A stretch of DNA of 64,000 nucleotides, taken from assembly GCA_965224705.1 (NCBI GenBank), contig OZ245056.1, forward strand, positions 384,001 to 448,000. The letters are read 5' to 3'. The translations under genes and the position numbers were made by a program. The notes under the pieces were generated by a model. That model worked only from the letters and a program-made list of their open reading frames with translations. It made no database searches and was not told where the DNA came from. The DNA is from Spirochaetaceae bacterium (lineage in GTDB: Bacteria; Spirochaetota; Spirochaetia; DSM-2461). Shown here one piece after another: positions 36,868-47,728 of the stretch; position 1 is the first letter of the stretch, and the number at the start of each line of letters is the position of its first letter.

Positions 36868-39302
36868 AGGGAATTCTCAGGAAATTTATCTTCCCCAAAA
36901 AGGTCAATCAGTGCTTCATCAAGTTTATCATGAAAGATAAACGATATACCGATTTTAACTTCCGCAGTCATCTCATCAATATCCCTCTTATTACCTGAAG
37001 GTAAGATGACAGATGTAAAGCCGCGGCGCTTGGCCGCAAGAATTTTCTCTTTCACACCGCCGATGGGAAGAATCCGATTGGTGAGGGTCACTTCCCCTGT
37101 CATCGCAATCTTTCTTCCTGGTGGTATCTGGAGAGCGGCTGAAAGTATTGCAGCAGTCAGTGCAATTCCTGCAGAGGGACCATCAACAGGGATTGCTCCC
37201 TGAGGGACGTGGACATGAATAGTTTTATCCCTGTCAAAATCAGATTTGAGTCCGAATTTATTCTTGTGGGCTCTCAGGAAGGAAAGTGCTATCTGAGCAC
37301 TTTCCTTCATTACATCCCCCAATTGTCCTGTCAGTATGAGCTTCTCATCCCCATCAAATATCAGTGCTTCTACTGGCAGAACACCGCCACCTCCTCCATC
37401 ATAGTATAAACCGGATGCCAATCCAGGACGTTCTGCAATTCCAGGATCATCTTCAAGCCGTTCCTTACCCAGATATTCCCTGATGAGTTCAGGGGTGATA
37501 TCCAGTTTGAATCCTGCAGTTGAAGGCTTCCTGGATTTCGGTGAATTGTATATGGCGGAATGAGTCTGATTAAGATGCAGTGCAGCACTGTTTATCTTCC
37601 ACTGCCCGGGACGAGTTTGTCCATCATGTATGAGTTTTCTGACGACCTTGCGTATCACCTGTCTGATGGAACGTTCCATATTACGTACACCTGCTTCCTG
37701 TGTGTAACCTCGAATCAGAAAATCCAATGACTGTTCCTGAAAACAGATGCTGTCATTGTCCATTTTATTATTTTCAATGTGTTTTGGAATAATAAATTGC
37801 ATTGCTATCTTCTTCTTCTCCAGAATTGTATAGCCAGGGAGTCTGATCACTTCCATTCTGTCTCGCAAGGGGTGAGGTATGCCTTCAAGACTGTTCGCAG
37901 TAGCGATGAATAACACCTCTGAAAGATTGAATGGAAGTTCCATGTAGTGATCTGTGAAACTGTAGTTTTGTTCAGGATCCAGCACTTCCAGAAGAGCAGA
38001 TGAGGGATCTCGTCTGTAATCATGAGAAATCTTGTCGACTTCATCCAGTAGAAATACAGGATTAATGGACCCCGCACGCTTCAAGGCTTGAATTATTTTC
38101 CCGGGAAGGGCTCCAACATAAGTCTTTCGATGTCCTCTAATCTCAGCTTCATCATTGATTCCTCCCAGGGAAATACGCACGAAATTTCGTCCGAGAGCAT
38201 GGGCAACAGAACTTCCGAGAGAGGTTTTGCCCGTCCCTGGGGGCCCAATAAGACATAGGATGGGACTCTTTAACCTGTTATTCATTTGTTTTGTGGCAAT
38301 GAAATCCAGAATGTGTTCTTTTGGTTCATCCAGTCCGAAATGCTCTGAATCCAGTATTCTTGCAGCTTCACTTAGATTGTTCTGATCAGAAGTCCTCCGA
38401 TCCCATGGAAGATCGATTATCCATTCCAGATAGGTTCTTAAAACACTGTATTCGGGATTGACAGACTGTATTCTTGAGAGACGGCTGAATTCTGTCCGGG
38501 CTTTATTCTCTGCTTCATCGGGAAGATCCATTTTAAGAAGTTTTTTTTCAAGCTCTGCCAGGCCTGTGGGATCATTGCCAAGTTCCTTGTGAATTTCTTT
38601 CAACTGTTCCTTTAGAAAGAAATTTTTCTGAGAACGTTCCATGTTTTTATTAACACGGTTGTTGATTTTTTTCTTCAATCTGAAAGATTCCATCTCTACC
38701 TGCAGTATAAGACACAATTCTTCCAGACGTTTTCTGTCATTTTTCTCCTGCAGAAAACTGACGGAGATTTCTGGAGGGACTTTCAGCTCATCACATACAA
38801 GACTGATAACAGCATCTATACTCTGATTTTCTGCAAGCTTAATAATAGTTTTACTTCGGGAAGCATCCTCATACAGATAGAGATACGATTTGAACTTTTC
38901 GACTGTTAACAGATACAGTGCTTCCAGTTCAGCATTGGGAATTTCTTCCAATCTTGTGAGATGAACCCATGGTGTATTGTTTCTATAGCGAATTTTTTTT
39001 ATCTCAGCCCTGTGACAACCTTCAAGGAACACCTGTACTTCCTCATTTTTGTCACGAACCGGGCCAACAAGAGCAATTGTACCGATTGGATATATATCTT
39101 TCGGGAAGGGATTTCTAATAGATGGATTGTGAAATCCAAGAAAGATTTCATCATCAGTATTTTTTGCCTCATTGATAGAACGAATGGAATCAGGGCTGTT
39201 GAATTTCATGGTTGTATTATTGCGAGGCAATACAATTTTATTGTTCAGAGGCAGAAGTGGAAGTATTCTTTCCGAATCAGGCTGTGATTTGCTTAACCTC
39301 AT
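36864..39302 (-). CDS. lon: Lon protease (LonA); start approximate
   Basis: [50 protein letters not shown] (Ser), GGVKEK (Lys). Confidence 0.95.
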   Translation of the reverse strand: MRLSKSQPDSERILPLLPLNNKIVLPRNNTTMKFNSPDSIRSINEAKNTDDEIFLGFHNPSIRNPFPKDIYPIGTIALVGPVRDKNEEVQVFLEGCHRAEIKKIRYRNNTPWVHLTRLEEIPNAELEALYLLTVEKFKSYLYLYEDASRSKTIIKLAENQSIDAVISLVCDELKVPPEISVSFLQEKNDRKRLEELCLILQVEMESFRLKKKINNRVNKNMERSQKNFFLKEQLKEIHKELGNDPTGLAELEKKLLKMDLPDEAENKARTEFSRLSRIQSVNPEYSVLRTYLEWIIDLPWDRRTSDQNNLSEAARILDSEHFGLDEPKEHILDFIATKQMNNRLKSPILCLIGPPGTGKTSLGSSVAHALGRNFVRISLGGINDEAEIRGHRKTYVGALPGKIIQALKRAGSINPVFLLDEVDKISHDYRRDPSSALLEVLDPEQNYSFTDHYMELPFNLSEVLFIATANSLEGIPHPLRDRMEVIRLPGYTILEKKKIAMQFIIPKHIENNKMDNDSICFQEQSLDFLIRGYTQEAGVRNMERSIRQVIRKVVRKLIHDGQTRPGQWKINSAALHLNQTHSAIYNSPKSRKPSTAGFKLDITPELIREYLGKERLEDDPGIAERPGLASGLYYDGGGGGVLPVEALIFDGDEKLILTGQLGDVMKESAQIALSFLRAHKNKFGLKSDFDRDKTIHVHVPQGAIPVDGPSAGIALTAAILSAALQIPPGRKIAMTGEVTLTNRILPIGGVKEKILAAKRRGFTSVILPSGNKRDIDEMTAEVKIGISFIFHDKLDEALIDLFGEDKFPENSL

Positions 39303-40560
39303 CCAGTTCATCACTATCGTCGTATTCTCCAATTTTAATGATCTCTGGTTTGACTTTGTCCTCAATAACTTCTTGACTGATAAGAATTCTCTTTCTTCCT
39401 GTGATGGAAGGAACTTCATACATCACATCAATCATGGCGGATTCAACAATGGCCCGAATTCCTCTGGCACCTGTTTTCCTTTTAATGGCCTGCCTGGCAA
39501 TTGCACTGACGGCTTCCGGGCTGAATTCCAGTTCAACGTCATCCATTTCCAGGGATACCGTATACTGTTTCACTATCGCATTTCTTGGTTCAGTGACAAT
39601 CTGCTTCAACTCTTCTTCGGTGAGATCATCCAGGGCAACCTGTATTGGCAAACGTCCAATAAACTCTGGAATAAGGCCAAATCTTATAAGATCATCGGGA
39701 AGAATCTGACCGAAGAGTTCGCTCAAATTCTTCTCTTTATTCTTCCTGGCATCAACTCCAAATCCCAATGGATGTTCGGAAATGCGTGAAAGCACGATCT
39801 TATCCAATCCAACGAATGCACCGCCGAATATAAAAAGAATGTTGGAAGTGTCGATCTTCAGCATTTCCTGGTTTGGATGCTTCCTGCCGCCCTGGGGAGG
39901 GACCGAAGCAATTGTTCCTTCAATTATTTTCAGTAAAGCCTGCTGGACGCCTTCCCCTGAAACATCCCGTGTGATGGAAACGTTTTCCCCCTTATGTGCA
40001 ATTTTATCAATTTCATCAATATAGATAATGCCGCGTTCAGCGGCAGGAATACTGTTCCCGGCGGTTTGTATCAGTTTCAGCAGAATGTTTTCAACATCTT
40101 CACCCACATAGCCAGCTTCAGTAAGGGTTGTTGCGTCAGCAATGGCAAATGGGACCTTGAGTTTCTGTGCCAGTGTTTTTGCCAGAAGAGTCTTCCCGGA
40201 ACCCGTGGGGCCAAGCAAAAGAACATTGGACTTCTCTAAATCGACCTCTTCCTGATTAATTCTGTCCTTGTGCATGATTCGCTTGTAATGATTATAAACT
40301 GCAACAGACAAAACTTTCTTAGCCACTTCCTGGCCAATAACATACTGATCAAGGTATTCTTTAATCTCCTTGGGGACAGGTAGATCTTCAATGAATTCGG
40401 CTGTAATGCTTTCGTTTTCTTCGGCAATAATGTTCTCACAAACTTCAATGCATTCATCGCAAATATAGACACCTGGCCCGGCAATGAGTTTCTTGGCCAT
40501 TTCTCCGGTTTTACCGCAAAAGGAACAAACTTTTATGTCTTTATTCTTTGTTTTTGCCAT
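39277..40560 (-). CDS. clpX: ClpX ATPase
   Basis: CSFCGK...[36 protein letters not shown] loop, GARG. Confidence 0.98.
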   Translation of the reverse strand: MAKTKNKDIKVCSFCGKTGEMAKKLIAGPGVYICDECIEVCENIIAEENESITAEFIEDLPVPKEIKEYLDQYVIGQEVAKKVLSVAVYNHYKRIMHKDRINQEEVDLEKSNVLLLGPTGSGKTLLAKTLAQKLKVPFAIADATTLTEAGYVGEDVENILLKLIQTAGNSIPAAERGIIYIDEIDKIAHKGENVSITRDVSGEGVQQALLKIIEGTIASVPPQGGRKHPNQEMLKIDTSNILFIFGGAFVGLDKIVLSRISEHPLGFGVDARKNKEKNLSELFGQILPDDLIRFGLIPEFIGRLPIQVALDDLTEEELKQIVTEPRNAIVKQYTVSLEMDDVELEFSPEAVSAIARQAIKRKTGARGIRAIVESAMIDVMYEVPSITGRKRILISQEVIEDKVKPEIIKIGEYDDSDELDEVKQITA

Positions 40561-41155
40561 CTTCTGATTTCTCCAATATACTGTCTACTATTCCATATTT
40601 GACGGCTTCTGCCGCAGACATGTAAAAATCGCGTTCCAGATCCTTTGAGATCGTCTTCTCATCCTTATCCGTGTCTTCCGCAAGGTACTTAACAAGCAAT
40701 TTCTTCAGCCGCAAGATTTCACGAGCCTGTATTCCAATGTCTACAGCCTGTCCCTGAACACCACCCCAGGGCTGGTGGATCAGAATCCGTGAAGAAGGCA
40801 GTGCCAGCCTTTTGCCCTGTGTGCCGCCAGCCAGCAGGATTGCGCCCATGGAAGCGGCCTGTCCCATACAGATTGTTTGTACATCAGCATTAATATGACG
40901 CATCGTATCATAAACAGCTAAACCGGCTGTAACCGAACCACCGGGGCTGTTAATATAAAAGCAGATATCCTTGTCGGGATCCTGGGATTCCAGATAGAGC
41001 ATCTGTGCAACTATATGATCGGCATCAATATCTCTTATTTCTCCTCCAAGAAATATTATCCTCTCCTGGAGGAGCTTTGACCATATATCATATCGTGTTT
41101 CACCGATCCCGGTTTTCTCAATGACGAATGGGTTGTATGCGGCCTGGGTATCCAT
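40541..41155 (-). CDS. clpP: ClpP protease subunit
   Basis: [23 protein letters not shown]. Confidence 0.97.
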   Translation of the reverse strand: MDTQAAYNPFVIEKTGIGETRYDIWSKLLQERIIFLGGEIRDIDADHIVAQMLYLESQDPDKDICFYINSPGGSVTAGLAVYDTMRHINADVQTICMGQAASMGAILLAGGTQGKRLALPSSRILIHQPWGGVQGQAVDIGIQAREILRLKKLLVKYLAEDTDKDEKTISKDLERDFYMSAAEAVKYGIVDSILEKSEDGKNKE

Positions 41156-41166
41156 TATTTATCTCC

Positions 41167-42504
41167 TTAACTGGATAGCAATTCTGAATAATCAATCTTG
41201 CCATCCTTAACAACAGTAGATTCTGTTAAAAGGAATTCAATCAACTTCCTGGTTATCAGCTGTTTTTTAAGATACTCTTCAATCTGCTTATTGCCAATCT
41301 TTTTTTTATATTCTTCCACATCAATTTTCATATTGTCTGCTTCCTGCTTAATCGCATCCAGCAATTCCTCATCATTTACATCCAATTTCTCTAATTCAAT
41401 GATTCTTCCATAGATCAGCCGAACCTTGACAGAGTCTATGGCATCTTCCCGCCATTGGCTCGTGAATTCAGCCTTGCTCCGGCCATTCTTTTCTAAATAC
41501 TTGAGAAATTCCTCTTCTGATAAATCTGTTTGTCTGATGTATTCATTCCAGGTGTTCTCAATTTCAGATTCAATCATGGATTCGGGTAATGAAATGGCAG
41601 AACTATCAATGAGTTGTTTCCTGATAGCCATAATTTTCTTTGAGCGAATCATTTCATCCGCATTTTTTTTAAGATTTGACTTCACTCTATTCTTAAGATC
41701 CGCAAGGGTGTGGAGGTCGTCTGAAACATCCTGGGCCAACTCGTCATCCAGATCAGGTAATTGTCGTCTTTTAACAGCATTTATCTTAACCTTAAGCTTC
41801 ACTGTACGGCCAGCCAGATCTGGAGGAGCTTCATTGGTGAAGGTTTTGGTTATAATTTTTTCCTCACCAGTTTTCAGCCCCGTTATATCATCCTCAATGC
41901 CATACGGATGACTATGATTGTTCATTGTGAATGCAAAACCACTGCGTTCACTGTCTTTCAACAACTCATCATTCTCCCCTAATTCAGCAAAATCCATGGT
42001 GACATTCGAATCATCCTCTATGATGCCATCTTCTTTCTCAACAAATACTGAATTGTAAAGTCTGATCTTTTCCAATTCCATATCCACGTGTTTTTTTAGA
42101 ATGCTTACTTCTGGTGCTTCGACTGTCAGGCCTTTATAATCACCCAGGGTAATTTCCGGGAAAACATCAAAGACGATGAAGAATTTATATGAATCTCCAG
42201 GATTCATTGCCTGAAACTCTGTTAAATGAGGTAAAGAGAGAGGATTTTCCTCAACTTCTTTCAATGCCTGTTCTGAGGCATCTTTGATAAGATTGGAAGT
42301 TGCCTCCTCTTTCATACCTGCGGCAAATTTCCGAACAAGCAGTGACCTTGGGACCTTCCCTTTACGAAAGCCGGGAATCTGTGCCTGCTTTTCAAATTTC
42401 TCCACTACCTTATTATAGTAACTTTGCGTTGCATCCCCTGATACTTCAATCGTGAGTCTGGCGGCTGAATTCTCAATCTTTTCAATTTGTTTGTCTGTGA
42501 TCAT
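41167..42504 (-). CDS. tig: Trigger factor
   Basis: IPGFRKGKVP, LGDYKGL, LPDLDDELA; start at ATG 42504 after GAGGA (the ORF-track extension runs through tRNA-Leu). Confidence 0.93.
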   Translation of the reverse strand: MITDKQIEKIENSAARLTIEVSGDATQSYYNKVVEKFEKQAQIPGFRKGKVPRSLLVRKFAAGMKEEATSNLIKDASEQALKEVEENPLSLPHLTEFQAMNPGDSYKFFIVFDVFPEITLGDYKGLTVEAPEVSILKKHVDMELEKIRLYNSVFVEKEDGIIEDDSNVTMDFAELGENDELLKDSERSGFAFTMNNHSHPYGIEDDITGLKTGEEKIITKTFTNEAPPDLAGRTVKLKVKINAVKRRQLPDLDDELAQDVSDDLHTLADLKNRVKSNLKKNADEMIRSKKIMAIRKQLIDSSAISLPESMIESEIENTWNEYIRQTDLSEEEFLKYLEKNGRSKAEFTSQWREDAIDSVKVRLIYGRIIELEKLDVNDEELLDAIKQEADNMKIDVEEYKKKIGNKQIEEYLKKQLITRKLIEFLLTESTVVKDGKIDYSELLSS

Positions 42505-42525
42505 AATATCCTCTATAGCTGCTAA

Positions 42526-42605
42526 TGCGAGAGAAGGGACTTGAACCCTTACGCCGAAGCACCGGCTCCTAAAACCGGCGTGTCTACCATTTCCACCACT
42601 CTCGC
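42526..42605 (-). tRNA. tRNA-Leu(TAG)
   Basis: GCGAGAG acceptor stem, anticodon arm CCGGT-TTTAGGA-GCCGG, long variable arm, GGTTCAAGTCC; CCA not encoded. Confidence 0.95.
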
Positions 42606-42740
42606 CTGAGATAGGGGCCCCGCAAAAACTCATCCCGGTTCTGTCGGATCGTTCCGCCACACTTCAGCGATGAATCTCATCGCCGGTTTTTGGGGGTGTG
42701 TTTGGGAGGTCCCGTAAATAACTACCCTGGCGGTAAGTAC

Positions 42741-42768
42741 AAAAAGGCGGCATCCAGCCGCCCTTTTT
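42741..42768 (-). terminator. Intrinsic terminator after tRNA-Lys (T tracts on both strands)
   Basis: AAAAAG-GGCGGC-TGGAT-GCCGCC-TTTTT on the minus strand. Confidence 0.75.
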
Positions 42769-42771
42769 CAG

Positions 42772-42844
42772 TGAGCCGTAAAGGGATCGAACCTTTGACC
42801 CGCAGATTAAGAGTCTGCTGCTCTACCAGCTGAGCTAACGGCCC
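42772..42844 (-). tRNA. tRNA-Lys(CTT)
   Basis: GGGCCGT-TAGCTCAGCTGGTAGAGC, anticodon arm GCAGA-CTCTTAA-TCTGC, GGTTCGATCC. Confidence 0.96.
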
Positions 42845-42860
42845 ATATCATTTTCAATGC

Positions 42861-42889
42861 AGTCTAGTGAATTCCCTTCAACATGTCCA
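42861..42889 (-). promoter_or_regulatory. Putative promoter of tRNA-Lys
   Basis: TGGACA-N17-TAGACT. Confidence 0.55.
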
Positions 42890-42894
42890 GCGGT

Positions 42895-43039
42895 ACTGCA
42901 TGATTCCATGGCGGGTGAAGGAGGCCCGGAAGAAGAAGGACACAACTCATGCCCAGAAGGCCGGGATCACCAGGAAGAAACTTCGCAGGGCAGTGAGCAG
43001 ATACTGGTTGAAAGGGGTTTTACAGGCTTTCTGACACCG
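42895..43039 (+). pseudogene. Remnant of the 5387-6644 IS (3' transposase fragment plus right TIR)
   Basis: Near-identical to 6352-6469 joined to 6611-6644. Confidence 0.92.
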
Positions 43040-43214
43040 GGTAAGTCTTCCTCTGAGGCAGGACAGGACCATGATGCAGAAAGATCGGACTACATCCATA
43101 CAACGGAATACAATCAACCGCTGCTTTTCCTCTTCCCCTGTTGGCAAAGCATACAATACGTCCTAAAGTGTTGGATCATATTGTAATTCATGCATGAAAA
43201 CAGGAGGAATGACA

Positions 43215-44183
43215 ATGAAATATCATACACTGGGCCGTACTGGAGTGAAGGTTTCCAGCCTGTGCTTTGGCACGATGTCTTTTGGGGATACCGCTGATGA
43301 GGAGGAATCGGCCCGGATGTTCAAGCGCTGCCGTGATACAGGCATCAATTTCTTCGACTGTGCCAATGTCTACGCTGAAGGCCGCTCGGAAGAAATTCTG
43401 GGCAGACTCATGAAGGATTCTCGTGACGAATTGGTTATCACGTCGAAAGTTTCCTCCGTAGTGGGAAATGGTCTTAATGACCGGGGGATGTCACGCCGTC
43501 ACATTCAAATGCAGATCGAAAGGAGTTTGAAACGCCTTAAAACTGACCGCATAGATGTCTATTTCCTTCATCACTTTCACGACGATACAGCTATTGAATC
43601 GGCACTGAGGACTCTGGATGATCTGGTGAGTCAGGGAAAAATCCTGTACCCTGCGGTGAGTAACTGGGCTGCCTGGCAAATAGCCAGAGCATTGGGGATT
43701 TCCGCTCATGAGGGACTGGCACGGTTTGAATGCATTCAACCTATGTACAATCTTGTCAAACGGCAGGCCGAAGTTGAAATTCTGCCCCTGGCAAAATCCG
43801 AGCAGGTCGGTGTGATTACATACAGCCCTCTGGGTGGTGGATTGTTGACTGGTAAGTATTCTGCTACTCAAAAACCAGATCAGGGCCGACTCGTTGACAA
43901 CAGTATGTACACAAAACGCTATGGAACACTGTCATACTTTGAGATTGCTGAAAGATTCACTGAGTACGCAAAGTTAAAAGGGTATCCTCCAGCAACTCTG
44001 GCGGTGGCATGGGTAATGGCTCACCCATCCGTCACGGCACCGATTATCGGGGCACGAAATCTCGAACAACTGAAATCTTCCCTTGCGGCCATTGAGGTTG
44101 AGATGACCGATGAATGGCGTTCCGAGATCTCTTCTCTGTCCAGTGCTCCCCCCCCTGCCCATGACCGGCTTGAAGAAGCATAG
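43215..44183 (+). CDS. Aldo/keto reductase
   Basis: SD AGGAGG; LGRTGVKVSSLCFGTM, DCANVY, SEEILG, YSPLGGGLLTGKY, PIIGAR. Confidence 0.93.
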   Translation: MKYHTLGRTGVKVSSLCFGTMSFGDTADEEESARMFKRCRDTGINFFDCANVYAEGRSEEILGRLMKDSRDELVITSKVSSVVGNGLNDRGMSRRHIQMQIERSLKRLKTDRIDVYFLHHFHDDTAIESALRTLDDLVSQGKILYPAVSNWAAWQIARALGISAHEGLARFECIQPMYNLVKRQAEVEILPLAKSEQVGVITYSPLGGGLLTGKYSATQKPDQGRLVDNSMYTKRYGTLSYFEIAERFTEYAKLKGYPPATLAVAWVMAHPSVTAPIIGARNLEQLKSSLAAIEVEMTDEWRSEISSLSSAPPPAHDRLEEA

Positions 44184-44240
44184 GAGTCTGTCGGACTTAC
44201 GCCTCACGGCTCGAATCAGTCTTAAAGTCCGACAGACTCA
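44183..44240 (+). repeat. Family B mini-copy (58 bp, internally deleted)
   Basis: GGAGTCTGTCGGACTTACGCCTCACGGCTCGA...CTTAAAGTCCGACAGACTCA; flanked by TA on both sides. Confidence 0.85.
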
Positions 44241-44384
44241 TAGGAGCCTGGGAAAACCTTCTGTTTCCCGTATGTGATGGGTTACCATAAGGATGATTCC
44301 CCCCTGTAAACACCTGCTTTTGTTTCCATCTCTTCAATGTCAAGTCTTGACTTATACGGCCTGCCCGAAGGAAACTGGCGAAGC

Positions 44385-45305
44385 GTGAAATATCTTATAA
44401 CTCTGGCAGTCTATGTCCTGGTATCCGGCACACTTGGTGCAACCCTGGCCCTTTCATTCACACTCTGGGGATGCCGCCGGGAGCAGAAATTTATGAAAAC
44501 CTTTCTGTTCATCAGTTATTTGACATTACTGTATCTCCTTTCAGGGATGAGATTTGCCCTAACAATCTTTGCCGGATGGGACAGAGGAGTTTTAACGTTT
44601 GATATTCTGGAAAGAGTGTTTCTTGCTTCCCTGATTTTCTTCTTACCGGCAACAATGAATTTCCTTCTGGGTCGAAAATGGACAGTCTTTCGTGTCACCC
44701 GAATTATAATTTCCGCCGTCATTTATCTTAGTTCCGGCATAGTCAGTCTTTTTACTCAATCCTCGCCTCTGCCCGGTATGCTGGCCGTTTTATCATTTCT
44801 TCTCATCATTTTTTTCGTCATGGCTGATGCCGCCAGTGTTTTACCTTTGATTCGGGATGAGGTTACGCGTATAGCGCTAACACTTCTTTACAGCATAACC
44901 TTTCTCTATCTGCCTCTTGCCCAGGTTATTCATCTTATATTGACTGGTTATGAACTTGTTCTGTTCCTTTCCCTGGTGTTTTACTACTTCATACTGGGCA
45001 TCTGTTCCATTGTTTACTTTCATCGCCTGCTGATATCCGCAACGGCGGATGATGATCGTCTTGCTTTTCGTGAGATCTGTGCCAGTGTCGGCCTTACCAG
45101 AAGGGAGGCCGAAATTGCCGAATTGATTTCCACCGGATTTTCCTACAAGGAAATCGCCTCCCTCCTTGACATTTCTCCGAACACTGTGAGCAATCACATT
45201 GGAACTATATACCGAAAGACGGGGACACGTTCAAAAGTTGATATGGTCAATACCCTGCGGGATTATTCTCATAACTCTGCCCGGGAAGCTACAGAACCCG
45301 GTTAG
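44385..45305 (+). CDS. Multi-TM membrane protein with a C-terminal LuxR-type HTH
   Basis: About seven hydrophobic segments, then GLTRREAEIAELISTGFSYKEIASLLDISPNTVSNHIGTIYRKTG. Start uncertain. Confidence 0.88.
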   Translation: MKYLITLAVYVLVSGTLGATLALSFTLWGCRREQKFMKTFLFISYLTLLYLLSGMRFALTIFAGWDRGVLTFDILERVFLASLIFFLPATMNFLLGRKWTVFRVTRIIISAVIYLSSGIVSLFTQSSPLPGMLAVLSFLLIIFFVMADAASVLPLIRDEVTRIALTLLYSITFLYLPLAQVIHLILTGYELVLFLSLVFYYFILGICSIVYFHRLLISATADDDRLAFREICASVGLTRREAEIAELISTGFSYKEIASLLDISPNTVSNHIGTIYRKTGTRSKVDMVNTLRDYSHNSAREATEPG

Positions 45306-46629
45306 CTTTAATTGTGTCGGCATAGAAACGGCCGCTGGCCTTGATACTTCGTTCCTGAGTTCTATAATTAACCCTCACCAGCCCGAATCGCTTTGAGTTG
45401 CCGCTGGCCCATTCAAAGTTATCCATCAACGACCATGCAAAGTATCCCCTGAGATGGACTCCGTCACTGATGGCCCTGGAAGCCATTTCAAGATGCGTCC
45501 GGTAGTATTCCAGGCGGTCTATATCCCATATGGACCCATCTCTCTCCACCTTATCCCGGGCTGCCTGCCCATTTTCAGTGATGTAGACTGGTTTGTCCGG
45601 AAAGTATGACTGTGAGAAACGAAGAGTCCAATACAGTCCCCGAGGTGAAATGTCCCATCCCATATCGGTACGAGGATAGCCTTCAGGGTATGATAACAGC
45701 CGATAACCACTGTCACCGATATCGGAAACGACAGGAAATGAAAAGTAATAATTATAAGCAACCATATCCACGGGACTGGATATAATCTCCATATCCCCAT
45801 CCTGAATATCAGGAAGCTCACCATATTCATTAACATAGGCAATCTCATCGTATCGACCGGTGAGATGAGGAAACAGACGTTGAGAGTTCACATCCTTGAA
45901 TGCCTTTCTGGCAGCATCAATATGAGCCGGTTCCTCATATAACGGCCACACGGCCTTCAAATTCTCCACCAGGCCAATACGGGCATCGGAAACAGTTTCC
46001 CTGAGAGTGCCTGTCCCCCGTCCGTGTCCCAGCAGGGCATGGTGAATAGTCTGGTTCACTTCTTTGACGGGCAGTTTACCGCCGGGAGCAAAAATGTCAT
46101 CACCATGGGCAAGCTGGGTGAAACATGCAATTTCATTGATCGTAAACCAGTTTTTTACTCTGTCGCCGAATTTTTTTCCGCACAGCTCCGCATAGTCGGC
46201 AAATCGTTCAATAGTTTCCCTGCTTCTCCACCCTCCGAAACGCTGCTGCAGAGAATAGGGTAAATCCCAGTGAAAGAGTGTAATCCATGGCTCAATTCCC
46301 CTGTCCAGCAGACTGTCGATGAGTCGGTTGTAAAAATCGATACCTTTTTCATTGAGTTTTCCATCGCCCTCCGGAAGTATGCGGGACCAGGCCAGGGAAA
46401 AGCGGTAAGCCGTGAGATTGAGTTCATTCATCAGAGAGATATCTTCCTGCCAGCGATGATAATGATCACAGGCAATTTCTCCCGAATCTCCATTGTCAAT
46501 GCGTCCTGTCTCATCACAGAAAACATCCCAGGTACTTAAACCGCGGCCATCTTCGTGAACGGCTCCTTCAATCTGGTAGGCTGCCGTTGCAGCCCCCCAT
46601 GTAAAATTGTCGGGAAAGGTAAAATTCAT
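45289..46629 (-). CDS. GH1 beta-glucosidase
   Basis: WGAATAAYQIEG, YRFSLAWSRI, TLFHWDLP, TINE (acid/base), ITENG (nucleophile), WSLMDNFEW. Confidence 0.95.
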   Translation of the reverse strand: MNFTFPDNFTWGAATAAYQIEGAVHEDGRGLSTWDVFCDETGRIDNGDSGEIACDHYHRWQEDISLMNELNLTAYRFSLAWSRILPEGDGKLNEKGIDFYNRLIDSLLDRGIEPWITLFHWDLPYSLQQRFGGWRSRETIERFADYAELCGKKFGDRVKNWFTINEIACFTQLAHGDDIFAPGGKLPVKEVNQTIHHALLGHGRGTGTLRETVSDARIGLVENLKAVWPLYEEPAHIDAARKAFKDVNSQRLFPHLTGRYDEIAYVNEYGELPDIQDGDMEIISSPVDMVAYNYYFSFPVVSDIGDSGYRLLSYPEGYPRTDMGWDISPRGLYWTLRFSQSYFPDKPVYITENGQAARDKVERDGSIWDIDRLEYYRTHLEMASRAISDGVHLRGYFAWSLMDNFEWASGNSKRFGLVRVNYRTQERSIKASGRFYADTIKANRVL

Positions 46630-46668
46630 AGCAGACTCCAGGAATTTAGAAATTAAAAACTAAGACCC

Positions 46669-46701
46669 TCTCATAGTATCATGAGAATGGCTGAAACGCA
46701 A
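46669..46701 (-). promoter_or_regulatory. Putative GH1 promoter with a palindrome over the -10
   Basis: TTGCGT-N17-TACTAT with TGn extension; TCTCAT-N6-ATGAGA at 46669-46686. Confidence 0.45.
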
Positions 46702-46748
46702 TCCTTTTGCAGTTTTCCGGCTTCTCCCATCCATTCAGGGAGTACAAA

Positions 46749-47627
46749 TCAATACCCTGAGCTCATCCTCTTAAGAAAGGACTCTTTTTTACGCCATTTT
46801 GGATGAACCTTTACTCTGAGATCAAGATGGATCTTCCAGGAAAAGATCTTTTTCATTTCCCTCTGGGCTGCAATACGGATCTCCCTGATTCTTTCACCAT
46901 TGTGCCCAACAAGAATTCCTGCTTGAGTGGGTTTGTCTACAATAAGGAATGCCCGAACCCAGAGGGATTTGTTATCAGCAAACTCCAGATCGGCAATTTC
47001 AACATAGAGAGCATGGGGAAGTTCCTGTCGGCATCGGGCAATGGCCTGTTCCCGAATCAACTCAGAAATTCGAAATTCTGTATTCTGATCGGTGTAAACA
47101 TCCTTCGGGTAATGGATTTCCCCATCCGGGCACGCCTCCACGATCGCCTCAGTGAGTTCTTTGAGATTCATGCCTTTCAATGCAGAGACATTGATTATTG
47201 CTGCCGGTTTGAGATGGGCGATAACAAAGCCTCGAAGTTCAGGGATGCGGGGTGGGGAAGCATCAATTTTATTGATGGCCACAATGACAGGATTGCGATT
47301 GTTCTCAAGCAGTTTCATGAGAATTTCTTCCTCCTGACCAAAAGCTCTGGACGCATCAATGACATAGAGGACAAGATCTGAATCCTTCAGGGATTTGTGA
47401 ACAATATCTTGAAGAAATAGATTGAATTTTCTATCTGACTGGTGGTAACCGGGTGTATCCAGAAATATCACCTGGCCCTCAGGATGGTTTATAATCCCCC
47501 GGATGGAGTTTCTTGTGGTTTGAGGAACCGGAGATGTGATGGCTACTTTTTCGCCGCATAGGGCATTTAACAACGTGGACTTCCCTGCTGAAGGACGGCC
47601 GATAATAGTCACAAATCCGCATTTCAT
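46749..47627 (-). CDS. era: GTPase Era
   Basis: GRPSAGKSTL, PQTTR, DTPG, NKID, C-terminal KH domain. Confidence 0.96.
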   Translation of the reverse strand: MKCGFVTIIGRPSAGKSTLLNALCGEKVAITSPVPQTTRNSIRGIINHPEGQVIFLDTPGYHQSDRKFNLFLQDIVHKSLKDSDLVLYVIDASRAFGQEEEILMKLLENNRNPVIVAINKIDASPPRIPELRGFVIAHLKPAAIINVSALKGMNLKELTEAIVEACPDGEIHYPKDVYTDQNTEFRISELIREQAIARCRQELPHALYVEIADLEFADNKSLWVRAFLIVDKPTQAGILVGHNGERIREIRIAAQREMKKIFSWKIHLDLRVKVHPKWRKKESFLKRMSSGY

Positions 47628-47728
47628 ACTGTTTTAATTCCAACTGAACCTTGTCTCGAACCTTGTTGCCTACTATATTACCTTAAACTATATTGTTTAA
47701 TAACTGCCAAATTTGAGGTATTAGTGTA

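Noticed and set aside
42505..42660. N-terminal extension of tig
   Set aside because: It runs through tRNA-Leu; the SD-supported start is 42504.
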